Positions 1-12,000 of a stretch of 64,000 nucleotides of DNA are shown here, piece by piece. The stretch is from Auanema rhodensis. Lineage: Eukaryota; Animalia; Nematoda. Each line of letters begins with the position of its first letter. Positions within the stretch are counted from its first letter, which is position 1. The DNA is taken from contig OZ059896.1 of the NCBI GenBank assembly GCA_964057225.1, positions 1,426,001-1,490,000 on the forward strand, written 5' to 3'. Both the position numbers and the translations under genes were made by a program. The notes beneath the pieces were generated by a model. It ran no database searches and had not been told where the DNA came from. It saw only the letters and a program-made list of their open reading frames with translations.

Positions 1-282
1 AGATCGACGCAGCTTAAAAATCCGCATCGAATGCACTATACTACATTGAGAAACGCTTAATACAAAAATTAGTTATGATCGTTTGAAAAATGATGCATTA
101 GTGTATGTTGAGTTTCCATGTACACTCAAAATTGCTTCCAAAAACATTTTGACAAAAATTTTTTCAAAAAATTTCAAATCAATTTAGCGAAAAGTAGATG
201 TTTTTAGATTCCTTTTTTCAAGGCAAAAACGAAGGACAATGTAATTCAACGAAAAAATTAATTCTTCAGGGTGAAAATCGAG

Positions 283-313
283 GATATAAGTGTGAACTTA
301 TATCAGTTCATAT
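283..313. other. Overlapping dyad elements in the SatA monomer (first copy shown): GATATAAGT-gtga-ACTTATATC hairpin and, in the GTTGATAT allele, ATATCA-gt-TGATAT
   Basis: Perfect 9-bp stem with a 4-nt loop at 283-304. The second dyad (300-313) is perfect only in copies with the GTTGATAT allele; this first copy has GTTCATAT. Confidence 0.85.
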
Positions 314-3300
314 CTCGGTGCATTTTCAAGCTAGCGCAAATCTGATAGTACAGATCGACGCAGCTTAAAAATCCGCATCGAATGCACTATACTAAATTGA
401 GAAACGCTTAATACAAAAATTAGTTATGATCGTTTGAAAAATGATGCATTAGTGTATGTTGAGTTTCCATGTACACTCAAAATTGCTTCCAAAAACATTT
501 TGACAAAAATTTTTTCGAAAAATTTCAAAATAATTTAGCGAAAAGTAGATGTTTTTAGATTCCTTTTTTCAAGGCAAAAACGAAGGACAATGTAATTCAA
601 CGAAAAAATTAATTCTTCAGGGTGAAAATCGAGGATATAAGTGTGAACTTATATCAGTTCATATCTCGGTGCATTTTCAAGCTAGCGCAAATCTGATAGT
701 ACAGATCGACGCAGCTTAAAAATCCGCATCGAATGCACTATACTAAATTGAGAAACGCTTAATACAAAAATTAGTTATGATCGTTTGAAAAATGACGCAT
801 TAGTGTATGTTGAGTTTCCATGTACACTCAAAATTGCTTCCAAAAACATTTTGACAAAAATTTTTTCGAAAAATTTCAAAATAATTTAGCGAAAAGTAGA
901 TGTTTTTAGATTCCTTTTTTTTAAGGCAAAAACGAAGGACAATGTAATTCAACGAAAAAATTAATTCTTCAGGGTGAAAATCGAGGATATAGGTGTGAAC
1001 TTATATCAGTTGATATCTCGGTGCATTTTCAAGCTAGCGCAAATCTGATAGTACAGATCGACGCAGCTTAAAAATCCGCATCGAATGCACTATACTACAT
1101 TGAGAAACGCTTAATACAAAATTTAGTTATGATCGTTTGAAAAATGATGCATTAGTGTATGTTGAGTTTCCATGTACACTCAAAATTGCTTCCAAAAACA
1201 TTTTGACAAAAATTTTTTCGAAAAATTTCAAAATAATTTAGCGAAAAGTGGATGTTTTTAGATTCCTTTTTTTGAGGCAAAAACGAAGGACAATGTAATT
1301 CAACGAAAAAATTAATTCTTCAGGGTGAAAATCGAGGATATAGGTGTGAACTTATATCAGTTGATATCTCGGTGCATTTTCAAGCTAGCGCAAATCTGAT
1401 AGTACAGATCGACGCAGCTTAAAAATCCGCATCGAATGCACTATACTACATTGAGAAACGCTTAATACAAAATTTAGTTATGATCGTTTGAAAAATGATG
1501 CATTAGTGTATGTTGAGTTTCCATGTACACTCAACATTGCTTCCAAAAACATTTTGACAAAAATTTTTTCGAAAAATTTCAAAATAATTTAGCGAAAAGT
1601 AGATGTTTTTAGATTCCTTTTTTCGAGGCAAAAACGATGGACAATGTTATTCAACGAAAAAATTAATTCTTCAGGGTGAAAATCGAGGATATAAGTGTGA
1701 ACTTATATCAGTTCATATCTCGGTGCATTTTCAAGCTAGCGCAAATCTGATAGTACAGATCGACGCAGCTTAAAAATCCGCATCGAATGCACTATACTAC
1801 ATTGAGAAACGCTTAATACAAAATTTAGTTATGATCGTTTGAAAAATGATGCATTAGTGTATGTTGAGTTTCCATGTACACTCAACATTGCTTCCAAAAA
1901 CATTTTGACAAAAATTTTTTCAAAAAATTTCAAAATAATTTAGCGAAAAGTAGATGTTTTTAGATTCCTTTTTTCAAGGCAAAAACGAAGGACAATGTAA
2001 TTCAACGAAAAAATTAATTCTTCAGGGTGAAAATCGAGGATATAAGTGTGAACTTATATCAGTTGATATCTCGGTGCATTTTCAAGCTAGCGCAAATCTG
2101 ATAGTACAGATCGACGCAGCTTAAAAATCCGCATCGAATGCACTATACTACATTGAGAAACGCTTAATACAAAAATTAGTTATGATCGTTTGAAAAATGA
2201 TGCATTAGTGTATGTTGAGTTTCCATGTACACTCAACATTGCTTCCAAAAACATTTTGACAAAAATTTTTTCGAAAAATTTCAAAATAATTTAGCGAAAA
2301 GTAGATGTTTTTAGATTCCTTTTTTCGAGGCGAAAACGATGGACAATGTTATTCAACGAAAAAATTAATTCTTCAGGGTGAAAATCGAGGATATAAGTGT
2401 GAACTTATATCAGTTGATATCTCGGTGCATTTTCAAGCTAGCGCAAATCTGATAGTACAGATCGACGCAGCTTAAAAATCCGCATCGAATGCACTATACT
2501 ACATTGAGAAACGCTTAATACAAAAATTAGTTATGATCGTTTGAAAAATGATGCATTAGTGTATGTTGAGTTTCCATGTACACTCAAAATTGCTTCCAAA
2601 AACATTTTGACAAAAATTTTTTCAAAAAATTTCAAAATAATTTAGCGAAAAGTAGATGTTTTTAGATTCCTTTTTTCAAGGCAAAAACGATGGACAATGT
2701 TATTCAACGAAAAAATTAATTCTTCAGGGTGAAAATCGAGGATATAGGTGTGAACTTATATCAGTTGATATCTCGGTGCATTTTCAAGCTAGCGCAAATC
2801 TGATAGTACAGATCGACGCAGCTTAAAAATCCGCATCGAATGCACTATACTACATTGAGAAACGCTTAATACAAAATTTAGTTATGATCGTTTGAAAAAT
2901 GATGCATTAGTGTATGTTGAGTTTCCATGTACACTCAACATTGCTTCCAAAAACATTTTGACAAAAATTTTTTCGAAAAATTTCAAAATAATTTAGCGAA
3001 AAGTAGATGTTTTTAGATTCCTTTTTTCAAGGCAAAAACGAAGGACAATGTAATTCAACGAAAAAATTAATTCTTCAGGGTGAAAATCGAGGATATAAGT
3101 GTGAACTTATATCAGTTCATATCTCGGTGCATTTTCAAGCTAGCGCAAATCTGATAGTACAGATCGACGCAGCTTAAAAATCCGCATCGAATGCACTATA
3201 CTAAATTGAGAAACGCTTAATACAAAAATTAGTTATGATCGTTTGAAAAATGATGCATTAGTGTATGTTGAGTTTCCATGTACACTCAAAATTGCTTCCA

Positions 3301-3810
3301 AAAACATTTTGACAAAAATTTTTTCGAAAAATTTCAAAATAATTTAGCGAAAAGTAGATGTTTTTAGATTCCTTTTTTTGAGGCAAAAACGAAGGACAAT
3401 GTAATTCAACGAAAAAATTAATTCTTCAGGGTGAAAATCGAGGATATAGGTGTGAACTTATATCAGTTGATATCTCGGTGCATTTTCAAGCTAGCGCAAA
3501 TCTGATAGTACAGATCGACGCAGCTTAAAAATCCGCATCGAATGCACTATACTACATTGAGAAACGCTTAATACAAAATTTAGTTATGATCGTTTGAAAA
3601 ATGATGCATTAGTGTATGTTGAGTTTCCATGTACACTCAAAATTGCTTCCAAAAACATTTTGACAAAATTTTTTTCGAAAAATTTCAAAATAATTTAGCA
3701 AAAAGTAGATGTTTTCAGATTCCTTTTTTTGAGGCAAAAACGATGGACAATGTTATTCAACGAAAAAATTAATTCTTCAGGGTGAAAATCGAGGATATAA
3801 GTGTGAACTT

Positions 3811-3830
3811 ATATCAGTTATCAGCAAAAA
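3811..3830. other. Deletion junction in SatA (228 bp lost, 3-bp ATC filler)
   Basis: ATATCAGTT-ATC-AGCAAAAAGTAG jumps from monomer position 308 to 186. The flanking variants match the intact monomer pair at about 8000-8450. Confidence 0.9.
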
Positions 3831-6039
3831 GTAGATGTTTTTAGATTCCTTTTTTCAAAGCAAAAACGATGGACAATGTTATTCAACGAAAAAATTAATT
3901 CTTCAGGGTGAAAATCGAGGATATAAGTGTGAACTTATATCAGTTGATATCTCGGTGCATTTTCAAGCTAGCGCAAATCTGATAGTACAGATCGACGCAG
4001 CTTAAAAATCCGCATCGAATGCACTATACTACATTGAGAAACGCTTAATACAAAATTTAGTTATGATCGTTTGAAAAATGATGCATTAGTGTATGTTGAG
4101 TTTCCATGTACACTCAACATTGCTTCCAAAAACATTTTGACAAAAATTTTTTCAAAAAATTTCAAAATAATTTAGCAAAAAGTAGATGTTTTTAGATTCC
4201 TTTTTTCAAGGCAAAAACGAAGGACAATGTAATTCAACGAAAAAATTAATTCTTCAGGGTGAAAATCGAGGATATAAGTGTGAACTTATATCAGTTGATA
4301 TCTCGGTGCATTTTCAAGCTAGCGCAAATCTGATAGTACAGATCGACGCAGCTTAAAAATCCGCATCGAATGCACTATACTACATTGAGAAACGCTTAAT
4401 ACAAAATTTAGTTATGATCGTTTGAAAAATGATGCATTAGTGTATGTTGAGTTTCCATGTACACTCAAAATTGCTTCCAAAAACATTTTGACAAAAATTT
4501 TTTCGAAAAATTTCAAAATAATTTAGCGAAAAGTAGATGTTTTTAGATTCCTTTTTTCAAGGCAAAAACGATGGACAATGTTATTCAACGAAAAAATTAA
4601 TTCTTCAGGGTGAAAATCGAGGATATAGGTGTGAACTTATATCAGTTGATATCTCGGTGCATTTTCAAGCTAGCGCAAATCTGATAACACAGATCTACAC
4701 AGCTTGAAAATGCGCATTGAATGCACTATACTACATTGAGAAAAGCTTAATACAAAAATTAGTTATGATCGTTTGAAAAATGATGCATTAGTGTATGTTG
4801 AGTTTCCATGTACACTCAAAATTACTTCCAAAAACACTTTGACAAAAAATTTTCGTAAAATTTCAAAATAATTTAGCGAAAAGTAGATGTTTTTAGATTC
4901 CTTTTTTCAAGGCAAAAACGAAGGACAATGTAATTCAACGAAAAAATTAATTCTTCAGGGTGAAAATCGAGGATATAAGTGTGAACTTATATCAGTTCAT
5001 ATCTCGGTGCATTTTCAAGCTAGCGCAAATCTGATAGTACAGATCGACGCAGCTTAAAAATCCGCATCGAATGCACTATACTAAATTGAGAAAGGCTTAA
5101 TACAAAAATTAGTTATGATCGTTTGAAAAATGATGCATTAGTGTATGTTGAGTTTCTATGTACACTCAAAATTGCTTCCAAAAACATTTTGACAAAAATT
5201 TTTTCGAAAAATTTCAAAATAATTTAGCGAAAAGTAGATGTTTTTAGATTCCTTTTTTTGAGGCAAAAACGAAGGACAATGTAATTCAACGAAAAAATTA
5301 ATTCTTCAGGGTGAAAATCGAGGATATAGGTGTGAACTTATATCAGTTGATATCTCGGTGCATTTTCAAGCTAGCGCAAATCTGATAGTACAGATCGACG
5401 CAGCTTAAAAATCCGCATCGAATGCACTATACTACATTGAGAAACGCTTAATACAAAATTTAGTTATGATCGTTTGAAAAATGATGCATTAGTGTATGTT
5501 GAGTTTCCATGTACACTCAAAATTGCTTCCAAAAACATTTTGACAAAAATTTTTTCGAAAAATTTCAAAATAATTTAGCGAAAAGTGGATGTTTTTAGAT
5601 TCCTTTTTTTGAGGCAAAAACGAAGGACAATGTAATTCAACGAAAAAATTAATTCTTCAGGGTGAAAATCGAGGATATAGGTGTGAACTTATATCAGTTG
5701 ATATCTCGGTGCATTTTCAAGCTAGCGCAAATCTGATAGTACAGATCGACGCAGCTTAAAAATCCGCATCGAATGCACTATACTACATTGAGAAACGCTT
5801 AATACAAAATTTAGTTATGATCGTTTGAAAAATGATGCATTAGTGTATGTTGAGTTTCCATGTACACTCAACATTGCTTCCAAAAACATTTTGACAAAAA
5901 TTTTTTCGAAAAATTTCAAAATAATTTAGCGAAAAGTAGATGTTTTTAGATTCCTTTTTTCGAGGCAAAAACGATGGACAATGTTATTCAACGAAAAAAT
6001 TAATTCTTCAGGGTGAAAATCGAGGATATAAGTGTGAAC

Positions 6040-9000
6040 TTATATCAGTTGATATCTCGGTGCATTTTCAAGCTAGCGCAAATCTGATAGTACAGATCGA
6101 CGCAGCTTAAAAATCCGCATCGAATGCACTATACTACATTGAGAAACGCTTAATACAAAATTTAGTTATGATCGTTTGAAAAATGATGCATTAGTGTATG
6201 TTGAGTTTCCATGTACACTCAACATTGCTTCCAAAAACATTTTGACAAAAATTTTTTCAAAAAATTTCAAAATAATTTAGCGAAAAGTAGATGTTTTTAG
6301 ATTCCTTTTTTCAAGGCAAAAACGAAGGACAATGTAATTCAACGAAAAAATTAATTCTTCAGGGTGAAAATCGAGGATATAAGTGTGAACTTATATCAGT
6401 TGATATCTCGGTGCATTTTCAAGCTAGCGCAAATCTGATAGTACAGATCGACGCAGCTTAAAAATCCGCATCGAATGCACTATACTACATTGAGAAACGC
6501 TTAATACAAAATTTAGTTATGATCGTTTGAAAAATGATGCATTAGTGTATGTTGAGTTTCCATGTACACTCAAAATTGCTTCCAAAAACATTTTGACAAA
6601 AATTTTTTCGAAAAATTTCAAAATAATTTAGCGAAAAGTGGATGTTTTTAGATTCCTTTTTTTGAGGCAAAAACGAAGGACAATGTAATTCAACGAAAAA
6701 ATTAATTCTTCAGGGTGAAAATCGAGGATATAGGTGTGAACTTATATCAGTTGATATCTCGGTGCATTTTCAAGCTAGCGCAAATCTGATAGTACAGATC
6801 GACGCAGCTTAAAAATCCGCATCGAATGCACTATACTACATTGAGAAACGCTTAATACAAAATTTAGTTATGATCGTTTGAAAAATGATGCATTAGTGTA
6901 TGTTGAGTTTCCATGTACACTCAACATTGCTTCCAAAAACATTTTGACAAAAATTTTTTCGAAAAATTTCAAAATAATTTAGCGAAAAGTAGATGTTTTT
7001 AGATTCCTTTTTTCGAGGCAAAAACGATGGACAATGTTATTCAACGAAAAAATTAATTCTTCAGGGTGAAAATCGAGGATATAAGTGTGAACTTATATCA
7101 GTTGATATCTCGGTGCATTTTCAAGCTAGCGCAAATCTGATAGTACAGATCGACGCAGCTTAAAAATCCGCATCGAATGCACTATACTACATTGAGAAAC
7201 GCTTAATACAAAATTTAGTTATGATCGTTTGAAAAATGATGCATTAGTGTATGTTGAGTTTCCATGTACACTCAACATTGCTTCCAAAAACATTTTGACA
7301 AAAATTTTTTCAAAAAATTTCAAAATAATTTAGCGAAAAGTAGATGTTTTTAGATTTCTTTTTTCAAGGCAAAAACGAAGGACAATGTAATTCAACGAAA
7401 AAATTAATTCTTCAGGGTGAAAATCGAGGATATAAGTGTGAACTTATATCAGTTCATATCTCGGTGCATTTTCAAGCTAGCGCAAATCTGATAGTACAGA
7501 TCGACGCAGCTTAAAAATCCGCATCGAATGCACTATACTAAATTGAGAAACGCTTAATACAAAATTTAGTTATGATCGTTTGAAAAATGATGCATTAGTG
7601 TATGTTGAGTTTCCATGTACACTCAACATTGCTTCCAAAAACATTTTGACAAAAATTTTTTCAAAAAATTTCAAAATAATTTAGCGAAAAGTAGATGTTT
7701 TTAGATTTCTTTTTTCAAGGCAAAAACGAAGGACAATGTAATTCAACGAAAAAATTAATTCTTCAGGGTGAAAATCGAAAATATAAGTGTGAACTTATAT
7801 CAGTTGATATCTCGGTGCATTTTTCAGCTAGCGCAAATCTGATAACACAGATCGACGCAGCTTAAAAATCCGCATCGAATGCACTATACTACATTGAGAA
7901 ACGCTTAATACCAAAATTAGTTATGATCGTTTGAAAAATGATGCATTAGTGTATGTTGAGTTTCCATGTACACTCAAAATTGCTTCCAAAAACATTTTGA
8001 CAAAATTTTTTTCGAAAAATTTCAAAATAATTTAGCAAAAAGTAGATGTTTTCAGATTCCTTTTTTTGAGGCAAAAACGATGGACAATGTTATTCAACGA
8101 AAAAATTAATTCTTCAGGGTGAAAATCGAGGATATAAGTGTGAACTTATATCAGTTCATATCTCGGTGCATTTTCAAGCTAGCGCAAATCTGATAACACA
8201 GATCGACGCAGCTTAAAATTCCGCATCGATTGCATCATACTACAATGAGAAAAGCTTAATAAAAAAATTAGTTATGATCGTTTGAAAAATGATGCATTCG
8301 TGTATGTTGAGTTTCCATGTACACTCAAAATTGCTTCCAAAAACATTTTGACAAAATTTTTTTCGAAAAATTTCAAAATAATTTAGCAAAAAGTAGATGT
8401 TTTTAGATTCCTTTTTTCAAAGCAAAAACGATGGACAATGTTATTCAACGAAAAAATTAATTCTTCAGGGTGAAAATCGAGGATATAAGTGTGAACTTAT
8501 ATCAGTTGATATCTCGGTGCATTTTCAAGCTAGCGCAAATCTGATAACACAGATCTACACAGCTTAAAAATGCGCATTGAATGCACTATACTACATTGTG
8601 AAAAGCTTAATACAAAAATTAGTTATGATCGTTTGAAAAATGATGCATTAGTGTATGTTGAGTTTCCATGTACACTCAAAATTGCTTCCAAAAACATTTT
8701 GACAAAAATTTTTTCGAAAAATTTCAAAATAATTTAGCAAAAAGTAGATGTTTTTAGATTCCTTTTTTCAAGGCAAAAACGATGGACAATGTTATTCAAC
8801 GAAAAAATTAATTCTTCAGGGTGAAAATCGAGGATATAAGTGTGAACTTGTATCAGTTGATATCTCGGTGAATTTTTAAGCTAGCGCAAATCTGATAACA
8901 CAGATCTACACAGCTTAAAAATGCGCATCGGATGCACTATACTACATTGAGAAAAGCTTAATACAAAAATAAGTTATGATCGTTTGAAAAATGATGCATT

Positions 9001-12000
9001 AGTGTATGTTGAGTTTCCATGTACACTCAAAATTGCTTCCAAAAACAATTTGACAAAAATTGTTTCGAAAAATTTCAAAATAATTTAGCAAAAAGTAGAT
9101 GTTTTTAGATTCCTTTTTTCAAGGCAAAAACGATGGACAATGTAATTCAACGAAAAAATTAATTCTTCAGGGTGAAAATCGAGGATATAAGTGTGAACTT
9201 ATATTAGTTGATATCTCGGTGCATTTTCAAGCTAGCGCAAATCTGATAACACAGATCTACACAGCTTGAAAATGCGCATTGAATGCACTATACTACATTG
9301 AGAAAAGCTTAATACAAAAATTAGTTATGATCGTTTGAAAAATGATGCATTAGTGTATGTTGAGTTTCCATGTACACTCAAAATTACTTCCAAAAACACT
9401 TTGACAAAAAATTTTCGTAAAATTTCAAAATAATTTAGCAAAAAGTAGATGTTTTTAGATTCCTTTTTTCAAGGCAAAAACGATGGACAATGTAATTCAA
9501 CGAAAAAATTAATTCTTCAGGGTGAAAATCGAGGATATAAGTGTGAACTTATATCAGTTGATATCTCGGTGCATTTTCAAGCTAGCGCAAATCTGATAAC
9601 ACAGATCTACACAGCTTAAAAATGCGCATTGAATGCACTATACTACATTGTGAAAAGCTTAATACAAAAATTAGTTATGATCGTTTGAAAAATGATGCAT
9701 TAGTGTATGTTGAGTTTCCATGTACACTCAAAATTGCTTCCAAAAACATTTTGACAAAAATTTTTTCGAAAAATTTCAAAATAATTTAGCAAAAAGTAGA
9801 TGTTTTTAGATTCCTTTTTTCAAAGCGAAAACGATGGACAATGTTATTCAACGAAAAAGTTAATTCTTCAGGGTGAAAATCGAGGATATAAGTGTGAACA
9901 TATATCAGTTGATATCTCGGTGCATTTTCAAGCTAGCGCAAATCTGATAACACAGATCGACGCAGCTTAAAATTCCGCATCGAGTGCACTATACTACATT
10001 AAGAAAAGCTTAATACAAAAATTAGTTATGATCGTTTGAAAAATGATGCATTAGTGTATGTTGAGTTTCCATGTACACTCAACATTGCTTCCAAAAACAT
10101 TTTGACAAAAATTTTTTCGAAAAATTTCAAAATTAATTTAGCGAAAAGTAGATGTTTTTAGATTCCTTTTTTCGAGGCAAAAACGATGGACAATGTTATT
10201 CAACGAAAAAATTAATTCTTCAGGGTGAAAATCGAGGATATAAGTGTGAACTTATATCAGTTGATATCTCGGTGCATTTTCAAGCTAGCGCAAATCTGAT
10301 AGTACAGATCGACGCAGCTTAAAAATCCGCATCGAATGCACTATACTACATTGAGAAACGCTTAATACAAAAATTAGTTATGATCGTTTGAAAAATGATG
10401 CATTAGTGTATGTTGAGTTTCCATGTACACTCAAAATTGCTTCCAAAAACATTTTGACAAAAATTTTTTCAAAAAATTTCAAAATAATTTAGCGAAAAGT
10501 AGATGTTTTTAGATTCCTTTTTTCAAGGCAAAAACGATGGACAATGTTATTCAACGAAAAAATTAATTCTTCAGGGTGAAAATCGAGGATATATGTGTGA
10601 ACTTATATCAGTTGATATCTCGGTGCATTTTCAAGCTAGCGCAAATCTGATAGTACAGATCGACGCAGCTTAAAAATCCGCATCGAATGCACTATACTAC
10701 ATTGAGAAACGCTTAATACAAAATTTAGTTATGATCGTTTGAAAAATGATGCATTAGTGTATGTTGAGTTTCCATGTACACTCAACATTGCTTCCAAAAA
10801 CATTTTGACAAAAATTTTTTCGAAAAATTTCAAAATAATTTAGCGAAAAGTAGATGTTTTTAGATTCCTTTTTTCAAGGCAAAAACGATGGACAATGTTA
10901 TTCAACGAAAAAATTAATTCTTCAGGGTGAAAATCGAGGATATATGTGTGAACTTATATCAGTTGATATCTCGGTGCATTTTCAAGCTAGCGCAAATCTG
11001 ATAGTACAGATCGACGCAGCTTAAAAATCCGCATCGAATGCACTATACTACATTGAGAAACGCTTAATACAAAATTTAGTTATGATCGTTTGAAAAATGA
11101 TGCATTAGTGTATGTTGAGTTTCCATGTACACTCAACATTGCTTCCAAAAACATTTTGACAAAAATTTTTTCAAAAAATTTCAAAATAATTTAGCGAAAA
11201 GTAGATGTTTTTAGATTCCTTTTTTCAAGGCAAAAACGAAGGACAATGTAATTCAACGAAAAAATTAATTCTTCAGGGTGAAAATCGAGGATATAAGTGT
11301 GAACTTATATCAGTTGATATCTCGGTGCATTTTCAAGCTAGCGCAAATCTGATAGTACAGATCGACGCAGCTTAAAAATCCGCATCGAATGCACTATACT
11401 ACATTGAGAAACGCTTAATACAAAATTTAGTTATGATCGTTTGAAAAATGATGCATTAGTGTATGTTGAGTTTCCATGTACACTCAAAATTGCTTCCAAA
11501 AACATTTTGACAAAAATTTTTTCGAAAAATTTCAAAATAATTTAGCGAAAAGTGGATGTTTTTAGATTCCTTTTTTTGAGGCAAAAACGAAGGACAATGT
11601 AATTCAACGAAAAAATTAATTCTTCAGGGTGAAAATCGAGGATATAGGTGTGAACTTATATCAGTTGATATCTCGGTGCATTTTCAAGCTAGCGCAAATC
11701 TGATAGTACAGATCGACGCAGCTTAAAAATCCGCATCGAATGCACTATACTACATTGAGAAACGCTTAATACAAAATTTAGTTATGATCGTTTGAAAAAT
11801 GATGCATTAGTGTATGTTGAGTTTCCATGTACACTCAACATTGCTTCCAAAAACATTTTGACAAAAATTTTTTCGAAAAATTTCAAAATAATTTAGCGAA
11901 AAGTAGATGTTTTTAGATTCCTTTTTTCGAGGCAAAAACGATGGACAATGTTATTCAACGAAAAAATTAATTCTTCAGGGTGAAAATCGAGGATATAAGT

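Noticed and set aside
1-351. SatA as a diverged dimer of about 176-bp halves
   Set aside because: The two halves show no alignable similarity by eye at a 175-176 bp offset. Only short motifs are shared with SatB.
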